Shown in pieces: positions 1-13,855 of a stretch of DNA of 64,000 nt. The notes beneath the pieces were generated by a model. That model saw nothing but the letters and a program-made list of their open reading frames with translations, was not told the DNA's origin and did no database searches. Position 1 is the stretch's first letter. Each line of letters starts with the position of its first letter. The DNA is from the human T2T-CHM13v2.0 reference genome, Homo sapiens. The position numbers were made by a program, and so were the translations under genes. The stretch lies in assembly GCF_009914755.1 (NCBI RefSeq), contig NC_060939.1; one strand, given 5' to 3'.

Positions 1-81
1 AGCATTTGGGAGAGCCCCAGCTCACCCTTGGCCTGGCGTGGCTGTCCATCCACAAGGATCATTGCATCTGGCCCATGGGCC
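1..81 (-). CDS. NTRK3: NTRK3 kinase exon (commonly numbered 17), 5' part only; runs off the window
   Basis: Acceptor ctcttgcag|GGCCCATGGG (AG at 83-82) follows a pyrimidine tract. Phase 2 matches the previous exon. Translates (R)[27 protein letters not shown]. Confidence 0.97.
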
Positions 82-624
82 CTGCAAGAGCATGGGGAGA
101 AGAGAGGGGGCAGAGAGAAATCAGGAGATCAAGGAGAAAGGCCTTCCTGGGTCCCTGCCCTCTGGAATGCCCCACAGAAATAAATAAAATTTCCCTTTCC
201 ATCCTGCCTATGGCTTATTTTTATCTGCCCCAAATTAGATTATGTACGTGTGGGTAAGGGTGAAACTCCACAACCAGATTCTGGCTAAGATGAGAGCAGA
301 CATACTCAAATGGAAGAGGGAATAAACCTACTCTTTTTAATATTTCACTGCTTCCTAGGATTTTCACAGGTGCTAGATGTCTATTATAGAATAATTAGCA
401 AAACAACAAATAACTCTGCCATAGCCCTTACTATATGCTCTGATTGTTTTAAATATTGTAATTCACTCAATTTTCCCACCCCAATTTTGAAATAAAGAAA
501 TTGAGGCACAAAATGATGAGATTGCTCAGCCAAAGTCCCAGAGGTCCAGAATGGCCATATGGGAAATCAGGAAGTAGGATCTGAAACCAGACATGTGACT
601 GTAAAAAGTGAGCTTCTAAAAGGA

Positions 625-760
625 ACATTGGGAGTGCTTGTTCCAAGATTCCCTGGCCCTGCCCCCTAGGATTCTGATTGGCTAGGTGAGCTTGCTCATT
701 TGCATTTCCCACTAGCTCCCAGGGCTGATGCTGGCAGTCCACGCTCAGTGGCCCTGGGAC
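625..760. mobile_element. MER5-like hAT-Charlie fossil
   Basis: gattccctggccctgccccctaggattctgatt...tttgcatttccc...ctcccagg motif pattern. Confidence 0.5.
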
Positions 761-2912
761 ACTCCTAACCACTCCACCACACCGCTTAGCACTGGGTAAC
801 TTATGGCCATAGCAGTGCACAGTGGAGAGAGCCTCTGACCTTGAAGCATGGGTCTGGGGTAACCCCAGAACCCATTCCATCCCAAATCAAGCCCGGATTT
901 GTTATTCTAACACCTTGCCTGATCATATCAGTCACTTTTAGCATTCACTCTTTTCTCTAGAAAGCCCAGTGAGCCGTAACCACACCCAGGGCCCTTATTT
1001 ATGAAGTTGTGGACCAAGGAGCCCTGGTGTACAGCAAGGCCTCTGCCTGCTTTACTGCTTCTCTGATTTCCTCTGAAAAGCACCATTAAGTAGGAGCACA
1101 TCCCTTTTACTATCTCCGGTGGGCTCTGCCTACCTCACTCCTCAGAAGGAGGAAGGCTGCATCAGCTCACAAGGAAGAGGGGTCAGCAGAGAAGCCCTCC
1201 CTTCTGTCTGCCTGGAGAGTGCACTCCAGCCTGCCTCTCAACACCACCAATATGGAGATGTGAGAGCAGGCAGGGTTGGCCTGCGGGTTATGGAGGCTGT
1301 GTTTGTGAGAACAGCCGACAGGATGCCTCCCAGGAAGGGTTGGTGCGGCCTGTTGCTAAGAGCTTCTGGTCTCAGAGAATTCTTTAGAAGGTCACCCTCG
1401 ACTGATAGAGCCTAGGAAGACAGATTAATGGAACCTACTGGGAATCTGGTCAGTAGTGGAGGCTAAAGTTCAGATTTTGCTGCAAAATTGCCCCAGGAAG
1501 ACTGTCGAGCCTTGATTTAGAGAGACTCCCCCATGCTGTCTTCAGGAAGGGATCCCATAGAGACACAGAGGTCTTCAGAGTGTCAGCAAGTCCTTGTAGA
1601 ACTGTACTCACAGGCATGCATTCCCCATGCTGTCTGCCATGGAGAAGGCAAGGCACTGGCACTGCCCCTCACCTTATACACTTCTTTCTGTTTCTTCTGT
1701 ACTCCTTTTTCTTTTCTTCTTACTTTCTGCTTCTTCCACTCCTTATCTTTACTCTAGGCTCTCACTCTTTATTTCCCTCCTACTATCTTCTTTCTCTTCC
1801 CTTTTATCATGTATGACAGTAGTGCAGAGGCACCTAGGAGCTTTCTTTAACCCTGCTGGTGGCTCTTGGGGCTGGAGATACTGCTGAATGTAAGGATAGG
1901 ATGTGGTGAAAAGTAGGGCATGCCCTTTGGGCCCCAGGGGAACAAAAGGACAAAGTGAGGGCTATCCCGAATATTGAGAAAGAGTGTTGCCTAGATTAGA
2001 AGCTACCATGGTTCACAATTCTCACAAAATAGTAATAGTAATAACTTCAATAGCAGCTACCATTGGCTGATCACTGAACTACTTGCAAAACTTGTCTAAG
2101 CATTATACATATAGTCATTTAATACTCATAGCAACAACCCCGTGAAGCAGTTATTAATAGTCGTGTTTTCTAGGAGAGAAAATTAAGATTTAATAACTTG
2201 CTCCAATTTGCAACTAAGATGTGACAAATCCAAGATATGAACCCAAATCTGTCTTATGCTAAAGACAAAGTTCTCCAGGAAAGGAATCCATTTCATTGTG
2301 AATCCAGGTTTAGAAGGCTTAGAACATCCCACAGATGCTTTCATTTCCTTTAGGGCCATCTTTATAGAAACCTGACTCATAAGCAGAGCTCCAGAGAGTC
2401 CTCCATTCCATTGCCTGGTACTAACTCATTTCTTTGCCCCTCAAAACCACGACACCCTATTGAATGTCCCACTTCAAGAGGATGCTTAGCAGTTTTTGGT
2501 GAGTGGGCTAGAGCCTTCTATAATTTACATTTGAACTTTGGAAATCTTATCCTCAGCCACAGAGTTCAATGAGATTCAAATTGTGGTGGTCGCAGAGGCC
2601 ACACCCTAAGTATACAGGGCCTGTGTGTTTAACCTGCTTCCTGGGGCCTTGGGTTCCAAAGACCTTCACATGGCTGTCCCTTCCACATCTGGGCACTGTT
2701 TGGAAGTGGCATCTGCAGAAGGCAGAGGAGTCCTAACTCTGCAATAGATGCTGTCTTCTCTTGGGAAGGGAGAGCCACCCTTGAAACTTCATCCAGAACT
2801 TCTGGCTGGCGTTCCAGTCTCTTACCAGTTACATTAAGAGCCCTCGAAGTCCAGATGGTCTTGTTCTAGGCTCGGAGAAACCCTTCTTACAACAAATCCT
2901 TTCTTTTTAGAA

Positions 2913-3128
2913 TAGTACTATCCAATAGAACTTTCTATTGATGGAAACATTTATACTGTGCTTCCCTGTATGGTAAAAACTAGCCACATGTGACTAACAA
3001 GTAGTTGAAATATGGCTACTGCAACCAAGGAACTAGTGCGACTGAATTTTTAAACCTTATTGAACTTTAATTAATGTAAATCTAAATTTAAGTGGCCATA
3101 GGTGGACACTGTACTGTACAGTTCTAGA
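2913..3128. mobile_element. MER3-like hAT-Charlie fossil
   Basis: tccaatagaactttct...tagccacatgtg...ttgaaatatggcta...aatttaagtggcca. Confidence 0.65.
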
Positions 3129-3658
3129 ATTAGCCTGAAGAAAATCGGTCCCCTTTTTGTTTCAACCATCTCTGCCACCTGATGAATTGTAACCTTGGAC
3201 CTTCTTACTCATCATCAAAAAGTCTCTAGCAGGAAGGTTTCCAGGAGGGGTGTAAGATACTAGCCTCACTTTGCAAGTGAGAAACTTAAGGCACAAAGGG
3301 AGAAAGCTATTTGCAACATCAGAGAAGGGTGGCCCTAGAATCTTGGAGTTGTAAGCCACAGGCTGTGGGGCTTCCAGACTCCTTCTGGACCTATTCCAGA
3401 CCCTGTCCATTTTGGAATGAGGAAGAATAGTATAGGATACTTATCATAGTATCCTCAACTTGTTTTCCCTACAAACCGGGGACAAAGGCCTGAATCTGGC
3501 TGCTAAGGAGATCATGTATAAGAATGAATGTGTTCATCTAATTTCTCATCCTGAGAGGAAAGTGTTTAGAGGGGGTAGTATAATTTCTGGCTCCAGGGAA
3601 AACCCCAAGGGTTCGGTGGGACTGGGGTCAGGTGCAGGGGAAGACAATCCTTGCTTAC

Positions 3659-3831
3659 CTGAGGAACTTATTCAGGTCTCCATGCTTCATGTATTCAAAG
3701 ACCATGATGAGGGGGTCCCCATCGCCGCACACTCCATAGAACTTGACAATGTGCTCATGCTGCAGGTTGGTGAGCAGCTCGGCCTCCCTCTGGAAATCCT
3801 TCCGGGCAGCCAGGGTGGGATCCTTCAGGGC
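3659..3831 (-). CDS. NTRK3: NTRK3 kinase exon (commonly numbered 16), 173 nt: alphaC helix and hinge
   Basis: tgttcctag|GCCCTG...CCTCAG|gtaagc. Translates [57 protein letters not shown](R). Gatekeeper F617 (3697-3699) and solvent-front G623 (3679-3681) are wild type. Confidence 0.98.
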
Positions 3832-5639
3832 CTAGGAACAATGCAGGACACAGGTGTTTAACAACTACAGGGCAGGGGGCTGTCTTTTCTACTCCTGGAA
3901 AGAAACTGGCCCCACACACCACTGGGTTACCAATAAATATGAATCTAAATGGAATTTAAAGACAATGAAGCTCAATCTCAACTATAAGGCCTGACTCCTT
4001 CCTTCTCCAGCATTTTCATCCCTGCAGAAATAGAAACCCACTTTCTGACATCCACATCCCGTGCACTCTCCAGTGATTTCAAGCTCTGTTCTTCACAGAG
4101 CCCTGGGCTTCCGCAGGTGAGTGTACATGGCAGCTGGAGGGGCTGTGAGGAGGAAAGCCTGGCAAAAGCCCCTGCTCCTAAGGTTTTCTTTGAGGAAACT
4201 GTCCCACAGCTGGAATAAACAGTGTGAAAACCACTGCCCCAATACTTTAGCTTTGTGAATTAGTCACATGCTCATAGCCTATTGGAAACTGGGCAGGCAA
4301 CACAATAAAATATCCTTGTCTTTTGGAGTCCTTGCTTTTAGATTGTGAAGGTATCTACATTTGCAGAGGAGAGTGAGCACTTTGACCTCTGGAAGACACC
4401 TGTGTTCTCCCAATAGGGGTTTGGAGGAAGCAATAGGGTGGGAAGAGTGGGGCGGCAGCTACGGGAATGGCAGTTAGTGGACAGAAATCTCAGATACACT
4501 CAGGGCCAGGCAGAGTCCTTCAAAGTCCTAGTGCAGGATGGAAAGGAGCATCTGGGGGCCACCAGAATGCCACCATTCAGCCTCTGTCAGGGTGAAAACT
4601 CAAGTGTGAGAAAGAGGTGCAAACCAGGCCACTTCCTGTAGGGCCCAGGAAGATGAATATACCCAGGTAGAGTGTAAGTTGTGCATGTGGATTTCCCAGC
4701 ACCAGAAGGGGACTACAAGGCCAAAGATGAAGCCTTTGAGCACATCTGAAGGACCTTGGTTAGGGCACTGCCATGGGCCCAGCAATGCTGGCCAGATGGA
4801 AAATGGTCTGTGAAGAGGAGAGGCCCTTTCTGCATGAGGAGCAGCTTATGCAGGTGGGCGCCCCGATTTCTCCAGCCTCTCCACCCTCCCTATGAGGCCA
4901 GAAGGCAAATGGGGCCCAACATTGAGTTGTTTCAACTGACACACTTTAGCAATCTCAATAGACACAACACAAGGTAATGAGGAAGTGAGTGTAATATTGG
5001 CTCACCATTTTCAGGGGAGTGACAATCTAGACAGACTAGAGATTGGTTTGCATTCTCTCTGCTAGGCATCTGGCTTTTTCAGGATGACTGACCTCTCCTA
5101 TAGATCATGCAAGTGCCAAAATGTCTCCCTCACCAGAGATCTTTCTCCTGTCCCTGCAGCCCCATTATCTGAAATCTGTAGGGCTTCCTTGGTTCTAGAA
5201 CTGCAGTAGTGTGAATATGCCAAAAGAGGTGTATCTGGGGGGGTCCATCAAACCTCTCAGCCCTTAGCACACACCAGAAATGATGGACTTTTAGTATGAA
5301 AAGGGCCCTAGACATCATCTACTCCTACCTGCTCATTTCTGGAGTTGGAGAAACTGAGGCTGAGCCTGTCCAGGAATCAGCTCACATTCACACTAATTAA
5401 ATGACAGACACTTAGAGTTTGACTGGACCTCAGTACTCTCCTGGTGGGCCTCACAGTGCCCCAAAGTTCAGTAGCAATGCCTCTAAGGTCATCAAGTGGA
5501 GGTGTGGTCTTCCAGCCAGAGATCAAGCCCCCTTCAACTTCAACCAGCACCACCTTCTATTCTTTTTAAAATTTGGAGGCTTCATAAAAATACTGCTTGA
5601 TTAAATTAATCTACGGCTGACAAAAAAGTCGAAAGTTAT

Positions 5640-5750
5640 CTAGTGTAACTTTCCCATTTTACAGATGAGATAACTGGGGTTCAGGATGGGGAAGTAACTT
5701 GCCAAAGATCACGTAACAAGTAACAGCTTGAGTCTGGAGCCCAGGACACT
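5640..5750 (-). mobile_element. MIR SINE
   Basis: cccattttacagatgagataactggggttcag...aagtaacttgccaaagatcac, MIR core in reverse. Confidence 0.75.
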
Positions 5751-7869
5751 TTCCTGCCCAGCACACCTGCCTGAATTAATTTATGGGATAAATTAGTCAC
5801 TAGGCAGGTCCCCAAGACAATGGTGGGCAGAGGAATAAAAGGACATGGAAGTATAGAAGAGAGGGTCAGGAAAGGGGTGGGATGTTGGCTGCCAACAGAG
5901 TGGCTGAGCCCAGCAAAGGTGCCAGGCTTGAGGATAGGGCAAGGACATGTGATCAGCCCAATGTTGATTTTTACCAGACCTCATTCTATGTGTTCTCCAC
6001 TTCAAATCTGGCTGCTTGCTCTGGGAAGCTACCTAACAATAAACGAATAGGATGTAATGTCTACCTATAGCCAGAACAAAGACATTTGAGAAGTCAGAGA
6101 GTCATGGTGAAAGACAGTCTCTTCTGGGGACCCAGCTCCCAGCAGCAGCCTTGAGCTGTATGGGCTGGGTCATGGGTATTGAATGATGCAGAGTGGTTTA
6201 TTTATTTTCATGCAGAAGAAGAAGAAGAAGGGGAAAAAACTGAACCCAGCATGGGTGGGATGGGAGAATACAAAGATTTATGTGAATGCTGGATTTATGA
6301 GAGGGAAAAGTAGGTCAAATTTGGGGCCAGCCAAATGGCCTCTCTCCATCTCTTTAAATCATTCTCTCCCACAGTCTGGACGTCAATGACAGCCCTGGGA
6401 TATTTCTGTTCTCAGCTCTTGAGCAGCACCAGCAAGCATCCCCCAGGCTGGCACCCTGCACTGTGAGGCAGAGATGGGTTCTTCATTTGGGAGATGGGCA
6501 CAAAGCAACCACCATTACTTTCAGTCTTCTACATCCCTTCTCTGTGCTTTCAAAGTGGGCTTTCCAGCTCTTGAGTCAAACCTGAAGTTCTTACCTAATT
6601 GGCCAAACGTAGGGTATGGCAACTAGGGTTGGGAGCTGCCAGTGGCCCTGTCCCCAGGGACTGATGCAATTAGAACAGAGGTGACAGGAGGAGAATAATG
6701 AGGAGGAAAATAGGGCCGGTGACTCTCTGGCCCCTCTCCGTGGGGTCCACATTTAACATCTTCATGTCTGGGAAACCTCAAAATGGGTCACCAGTCAGTG
6801 GCATGGGAAAGAACCGATTTATCATAGTTACCAACTATCAGTGTAGAGACATGCATCTTGCCAAGAGGTCTCTGAAGCTGGGGAGGCTCCTGGCTCAGGC
6901 GTTTGTATAGTATCTTTAGCACAAAAAGGAGAGCTAGAATTTGCCCTTCTTCTCTCCCTCTCTTTCTTCCAAAGTTTGGGGACATTTCCCTTTCTTATCT
7001 TCCCCTCTACGTGCATCAGCTGTCATGTCCACTCTGCCTTGGGGAGAGGGTTCAGTAAGGCTGTTTATTTGGATGGAAGGAAAATAGGCTAGATGGCAAG
7101 AACACAACTTCTCGACAGCTCCCAACTCTTCCTGGGTCATTCAGCATCTTCATGTCATCCAAACCCTGCTGCCCTCCATCTTACTTTCTTTTTTTTTTTT
7201 TTTAGGGGGAGATATTTCAAAGAATGTTCAGTTTCAGATTTCATTAATATCCTGAAATTCATTTTTATGATATACACATGATATACACACATTCCTAAAT
7301 GTTCAAAGTCCTAAGTGGTAAAACACACACACGCACGCACACACGCACACCTATCAACCTCCTTTCATTATAAAATCATCTTTCTTTTAGTGACTCAAAA
7401 TCCACTGCCACTTCCTCTGGGTGAGAGTCTCACACAACTTTACCAGGAAAGAAGATGGGTAGTTATTACATACAGGGGTGCCCCTCTCTTATCTGTCTTC
7501 CTGGCTTAAAACTGGCCATTGGCTTCCCAGTGTTTGTAGTATAAAATCCAAACTCCTTAACATAGTCATGGACTCTATAAGGTCTGGTCTCCCCATCTCT
7601 CTTTGCGTCCTGTCCTCGCACACACTCCTCCTGCCTCATTTATTACACTTCAGTCTCATGGCCTTTCCGTACTCTCCAAGATTTTCTCTGCCCCAGGGCC
7701 TTTGCTCCTCCTTTTGCCAGAAAACTCTCCACTGAGCTGTGTCTACATGACAGCCCAGATTAGCTGGCACTCCTTATGACCTCTACAGAACATGAGATCC
7801 TGAACACTCCCTGCAAGTTGGATACCCAGGGAGATACTACTTTCCCACAGAGGGGCTTACCAAGAGTCA

Positions 7870-8175
7870 TCAGTGATTGTTCCCAAACTCATTCATGACA
7901 ACTAAACCTGCTAATGTAATTACTTAATGTAATGAAATGTTCTAGAAACCAAAGAAATATGAATGTAGATTGGAGAGTTTTTATGGAAGCTAGGATGAAT
8001 GCTTTTAAAAAACCTGCTAAAGGTCAGTGGTTAAAAATACTGTTAAGAGTGGAAGGAAAAAGCATAAAAACATTGGGAAAATAGTAAAAATCCGAGATTC
8101 TGCACTCAGATTGTTTCACAAATGTTTTAAGCTCCTGCTTCAATTTAAAGTAATTGAAACTAGAAACTGTGACTA
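7870..8175 (+). mobile_element. Old Tigger-type (TcMar) transposase fragment
   Basis: gtaaaaatccgagattctgcactcagattg...tttaaag...gaaactagaaa resembles the recalled Tigger13-like consensus. Confidence 0.45.
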
Positions 8176-9610
8176 CTCAAAACAAAAACCAAAACACCCT
8201 TCAAGCCAAAAGGAACCCAAAAGCTGCCCAGGGGTGCTGGGCAGGAAGAAATATAATGCTAAATCCAAATGACTAATATTATCAAAAATCAGGACATAAA
8301 TTTCCTGAAGATAAATCAATTTTATTAGAATGGCTCAAAAAGATTTTTAAATAAGTAAATGCTCAAAAGGAGTGAAGAAATACATTTTCTAAAGAAAACA
8401 AGAAGGCATGCCACAAGAAGGGGGAGAAATAAAATTAAGGTAACAAAATTAAGAACCGATTAGATATCTTGGAAATAAAAGATATGGTCTTTGAAGTGAA
8501 AGCAAAAACCTCCACAGACAGGAAAAGCTTTAGACCAGATAAAACCACATGAAGAATTCATGAATCAGAAGACCACTGAGGTTCACCCGGGACAGAGTAT
8601 GAAATGACAGAGACGAAAAAAAAAAAGGAAAAATGGGGAGAAGGATCTCATTCCCTCCTCTGCAAAGGAAGGGGGTTGACTGGGTTTGAATGCTGTGTAA
8701 ATGTTCTATTTGTCTAATGATGATTTCAGAGTGGCACCACTTATTTAAGAGTCGCACACATGAGGTTATTTTAATGTCACACTTATACTACACATATGTG
8801 CAGATTATGTCCTGTGCAATCCTGCTCCCTCTCCCCAGCAGGCTGTAAGCACCTTAAAAATAGGCTGTGGTTTCTGCTTCTTTGTTTGTACCATAGCAAC
8901 TGCTGGGCAAAACATTTTTGCCAATTGATTTGGGAAAACTTTATTGTGGGTTATACTTGTATGTGTTCTTTAGAGGTATAAAATTACTCTGCATCAACAT
9001 GAGAACTAACTCAAAAGGAAGGGTCTTGCAAAAAGAAGTGGAATCTAAGGAGGGGAGGAAGCAGGAAACACCACTTCCAAGACGTTGTCTGGAGGAGATA
9101 GGCATCTTTTCCAGGCTGACCACTAGGCAGATCCACTGAGTGACACGTGTAAAATCCCAGACGGTTCATCTCCTCCAGATCCAAGGAAAGAAGGAAATCC
9201 TTTTAAAAGGATGGAAACAGAAACACATTTTCTGCATTACTCGGTCTGGGTACTGCCCCTTAATGCCAGACCACTCGGGGAAACATTTCCTAGGGTTTTC
9301 AGCCATCATTTCATTCTCTGCTGAAAGTGCAAAAATGTTCAGTTCATTCTCCAGTCCCCAGATGGATGCCGGAACACCCCGTGGATTAGTGTCATCCTAT
9401 ATATTAAAAATGCCAGGGCAGTGCAGATCCTAAGTTTAGGGTCAACATTAGAAACCTTTCTACATCCCTGCTCCAAGCTGTTTAAAGACACCCTTGTCCA
9501 TCTGACCATCTCATGTCTATGCAGGCACACTGAGCAAGTTTATTTACAGGATGTACAGCAATAATAATCATTAGCCTTTTAGGATGCAGGACTCTTGTTT
9601 ATTTTCTAGA

Positions 9611-9795
9611 GCAGAGGTCAGCAAACTATGCTTATTTTGGTAATAAAAAAAGTTATTGGAAAATACCCGCCCTCATTAGTGAATGTATTGTTATGCTGCT
9701 TTCCAACAACACAGGAAGAGTTGCAATGGAGAGTTATAAGGCCCTCAAAGTCTAAAATATTTACCTTTAGAGAAAAAGTTTGGTGACTCCTATTC
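9611..9795. mobile_element. MER58-like hAT-Charlie fossil
   Basis: Termini cagaggtcagcaaact ... aaaaagtttggtgactcct. Confidence 0.65.
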
Positions 9796-9889
9796 TAGAT
9801 AGTCATTGCAAGCTTGGCAGATCATATGTCATGTATCTAAGCACATTCAGTAATATCAACATCAATGACAATGATAATGATAGAAACAA

Positions 9890-10130
9890 ATGCCAACTAC
9901 TTTTTATTGAGTCTTTACTCAATAAAAAGCCCTAAGAAGTGCATTAAGAATTTTAGACACATTATGTAATTTAATCCCCAACATTCTAAGGAGGGGATAT
10001 TATTATTGCTATTATACAGATAAGGAAATTGAGGCCCAAAGAAGTTGAGTGTTTTGTGAAATGTCCCAAAGCTTATCAGTGGTAGAACTGGGATTTGCAC
10101 CCAGGCTCTTTGATGCCCATGCTATGCCTG
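9890..10130 (-). mobile_element. MIR SINE
   Basis: tattattattgctattatacagataaggaaattgaggcccaaagaagt...gggatttgcacccagg. Confidence 0.75.
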
Positions 10131-11269
10131 CACTGTATTGCCTTCATTCTTCGAGGCTATTTGCCCTCTGTGGACAGAAACAATCTGTAGATACACAAGA
10201 CTATGAATACAGAGACCCAAAAGTTGAAGAAACAGGAACTGCATTTGTGATCCCTCAATGCTAAGGATGGGACCATTGTGAGGTCTGGGTGAATGTCTTC
10301 ACGGGGAGCCATATCTCTGGCATCGGTCAGCCCACATCTCAGGACATTGCAGGCTCTACACTGGCCTCAGAAGCCTGCTCACTGCACCCAATGAAGCCAC
10401 TCCAGACTCCAGAGAAGGGCTCCAGAGATCTGTGCGTGCCTCCATGAGGCTACTTGACTCTTTTTATGTTAACCATGTTCAAAAATTTGTCCAATATTGG
10501 TTTACAAAGAGAAGCTGTTGACTGCTGGGTGGAAGAGTCTGGAAGGACAACTAGTAGTAGCAAAGTCCCTTCTCTCCTACCCCAAGCAATTCAGCTCCTG
10601 CTGCAAATCTGCCACGTGTCTTGGCAATACAGAAGCCCTGTGGTTAAGGGAGCCCTTCAGCAGCTGCCAGGAGGAAGTTTCTCCCAGGCATGCTGCCCCT
10701 TGGGGTCTGAACCTGAAACCCATGGGAAGTACCTAAGAATTTCTCCAACCTCACTCACTATTCTCCCAGTGCTAACCCCCTACCTCCCTGCTGCACCCCC
10801 CTCCCTCAACATCTATTCTCAGTGACTTCTGTGCCCTTGGGAAGTGGTTACCCAGTCCTCCTTAATCAGCCCGCTCTACAACAGCTCAGCTACTGAGAAA
10901 TGGCCATGTGACTTTCCAGGCACAGACAGCACGTCCTGTAAAGCCACTACATGGTGAAGGGTGGAGTGTGGAGGGCCAGGCCTGGGACAGAGGTAACCAC
11001 AGGGCCACTGAAAAAGGACCAGGGTCATTTACAAGAATAAACTTGCTCCCCTGGCATAGCCCCCTTAAGTGCTGCAGCCCTTGACCTTGGAAGCCAAAGG
11101 AAGTTGTTTTGGTCCCTAGGAAACTTCATTGACCTCGGAGCAAAGTCCTTTGATTGCATCTGAGAAAGCCAATTGAGCACTATCTTCTCAAATGGAGGGA
11201 GCCTCTTCCTTCCCTCCCTGGGCCCTCAGCCAGCCCTCCTCCTGGTGCCGGCATGCCTCTGGGGTTTAC

Positions 11270-11400
11270 CTTCACAGCCACAAGCATCTTGTCCTTGGTC
11301 GGGCTGAGGTTGTAGCACTCGGCCAGGAAGACCTTTCCAAAGGCTCCCTCACCCAGTTCTCGCTTCAGCACGATGTCTCTCCTCTTAATGTGCTGCACAT
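11270..11400 (-). CDS. NTRK3: NTRK3 first kinase exon (commonly numbered 15), 131 nt: Gly-rich loop and VAVK lysine
   Basis: catcctacag|ATGTGCAG...GTGAAG|gtaaac. Phase-1 start. Translates [44 protein letters not shown]. This acceptor is the one used in the canonical ETV6-NTRK3 fusion (established knowledge). Confidence 0.98.
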
Positions 11401-11721
11401 CTGTAGGATGGGGACAAAGAGGAGGGCAGCAAATCAGTCCTCGTTTGGTGACACAGGGAGACAGAAGAGTACAGAGGTCTAGCGTGGAGAACTTGGTTCT
11501 GAGCCTACAGCAGGCAAAGGCAAACTCTAGCACACCAGCTTTAGCATAAAAACTGACATCCCTCTGTGGTTTGAGAGTATGGGCCAGAATCAAATCTCAA
11601 TGCTGTCCCTGAACAACTCCTAACCCCTCTAAACCACAACATCCTCTGCTGGCAAATGGAGTTAGTAGTTAATGCACAGGATTCTGGTATTCATTAGCCA
11701 GAGTTGTTGGAGATAGCACAA

Positions 11722-11862
11722 AGCAGTCTCCACAGTTTTGTGCACATGAATCCCCTGGGAATCTTGTCAAAATGAAGATTCTAATCCAGTGGGTCTGAGA
11801 ATCTACATTTCTAACAAACTCCCAGGTCATGTCCCTCTGCTGTTGGTCATACTTTGAAAAGC
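11722..11862. mobile_element. MER5-like fossil
   Basis: gaatcccctgggaatcttgtcaaaatgaagattctaatccagtgggtctg...catttctaacaaactcccagg. Confidence 0.7.
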
Positions 11863-11884
11863 AAATTTTCCAGGGTACGATTGA

Positions 11885-12065
11885 GAATCAGGTTGGAATC
11901 CTGGGTCCACGCCATTACTAGTTTTTTGAGCTTGGGAAAGTTATTTAGCTCCAGAGCCTCAATTTCCTCATCTGTAAAATGGGATTAACAAGAACAACTT
12001 CCTTGCTGAATTCTTGTGAAGATTAAATGAGATAATCCATATAAAGAGCTTGGCCCAGTGATGAG
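11885..12065 (+). mobile_element. MIR SINE
   Basis: cttgggaaagttattt...gcctcaatttcctcatctgtaaaatggga...gtgaagattaaatgagataa. Confidence 0.8.
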
Positions 12066-12091
12066 GACAAAGTAAAGACGTAGAAGACAAG

Positions 12092-12107
12092 ACACACGCA
12101 TGCACAC

Positions 12108-12147
<40 letters not shown>
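12092..12147. repeat. Imperfect (CA)n microsatellite
   Basis: Seen directly. Confidence 0.95.
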
Positions 12148-12150
<3 letters not shown>

Positions 12151-13689
12151 GACACATTGGTTTTTGTGGTAACATAAAGGCTGTAGTGACCCCATCACAG
12201 TGCCTGGTTCATGACAGAGACTACTAACGGGTAGCTAAGATTATCTGGGGGAAACCCCTACTTGGCCAACCCTTCTCTGAAAGAGAGAAAGACCAATGAG
12301 ATCACAAAAGGAAAGTTCACTGTCCATCCAAGAACGAGGGTGTGTGCAGAGAGAAGGGTTGCCCCTGCCTCTGCTAATTTAGCAACCTAATTAAGGTCTG
12401 TGTGCCTGGAGAAAGCAGAGCTGTGACCTCAGCCCTCCCACCTATTTGGAAAGAATGCTACGAAGGAGTTGTACAAGCAGTGGGCTGGCGATGAAAAGAG
12501 CAAACAGGAGATTACTCACTGACCTTTACATTAATTGTTCAACAGGCAGAAGCCCATTAAATACCTGTATTCACATTTTGAAGAGCATTGCTGAGCCAAA
12601 AAGTGGATTATCCCAAGCGACTTTGTCGAGAAATGAAAGCTGCAGATCCTGGGCCATGGCAGACCATCCCCATAAATGAGGAGACGTAATAGGGACAGAG
12701 GGGCATGGCTGGAAGCCTTGGGGTAGTGTTTTTTTGGTTTGGGGATTCCTTTAAGAATAAACTACAGGAATCTTTTTCCTCCCATCAGAGTCCTTGGTAT
12801 CCCCACAGTGTCGCAGATGATCTGCCTAGTAAGGATTTGCGAGAGGAAGCATTTACAGACTATTATTTTCTCCTCCCCCTAGGACAGACCTGCACGTTAA
12901 CAGCTGCTGACGACCGCTCCTCCCAAGCCACAGGCTGCAATGCGGCTGCTACACACTGCAGGGCTATGCCCCAGTCTTTACAGGGAGGGGATTAAAACTG
13001 GTTCCCTTCTTCACACTTTCTGTCTCTGTTTCTCAGCCTCTGAGGAATGGTATTTGTTGACCTTGGAGGGCAAGGCTAAAGAGTCTCCCACTGCGAGAAA
13101 ATAGGAAGTCAGGCCCTCTCTCGGGAGGCCACCTGCTCCTGCTACCTAATCATTCCCAGGTGACTAGGGATGACACATAGGTTCTGCAAGGTGAGTGTCC
13201 TGGCACGGCCTGGGAGTGAAGACAGGGCTCACGATGGCAGCTGTACAATGTCAAGCCCACATCTCTGAACACGCCGGGATTGGGAAGGCCTGGGAAGCCA
13301 CAGGTGCTTGCTTCAAGACCTGGATCCTCCAAGAGCTTATGCACCTCACAGAAAAACAACAACCATGAAATCTTGGGTCTCAGATTTCTCACCTGTAAAA
13401 TGGGTATGGGGAGAATAGTACGAGTTTAACTTACCTATTACCTGAGCATGGAAGTTTGTAAACCTTTAAGTCCTCCAAAATGTAGGCTGTGTTTTGGCAT
13501 TTTCATTATTATTGATATTATTTTACAAAAAGGAGAAATGAGGGCCAAATCAGGCATCCGCACCTGGTGACTGAGCTGGGCATGGGATTCAGAGCATCAG
13601 GACATGGCAGGGTTGCCAAGTTACTTGGGGAAGAGCACCGTTTGGCCCCAGACTCCACCCCAATCCCACCTTTCCTCTGCATTGTAATA

Positions 13690-13855
13690 GGAGAACTTGA
13701 GAATGCGTCAAAATCACCTAGACGGCTTGTTACAACAGATTGCTGGGCTCCTCCACCAGGGATTCCAATCTAGTAGGTCCAGGTTGAGGCCTGAAAATAT
13801 GCATTTCTAAGTTCCCAGGTGCTGCTGGTGCAGGAACCACACTTTGAGAATCACC
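13690..13855. mobile_element. MER5A-like fossil
   Basis: aatcacctagacggcttgttacaacagattgctggg...tgcatttctaagttcccagg...accacactttgagaatcac. Confidence 0.75.

Noticed and set aside
3460-3861. 133-aa plus-strand ORF (also 6-257 and 11192-11482)
   Set aside because: These are antisense shadows of real NTRK3 exons, with no independent coding evidence.
11180-11593. 137-aa minus ORF as a standalone kinase gene
   Set aside because: Only 11270-11400 is exon; the flanks are intron read-through.
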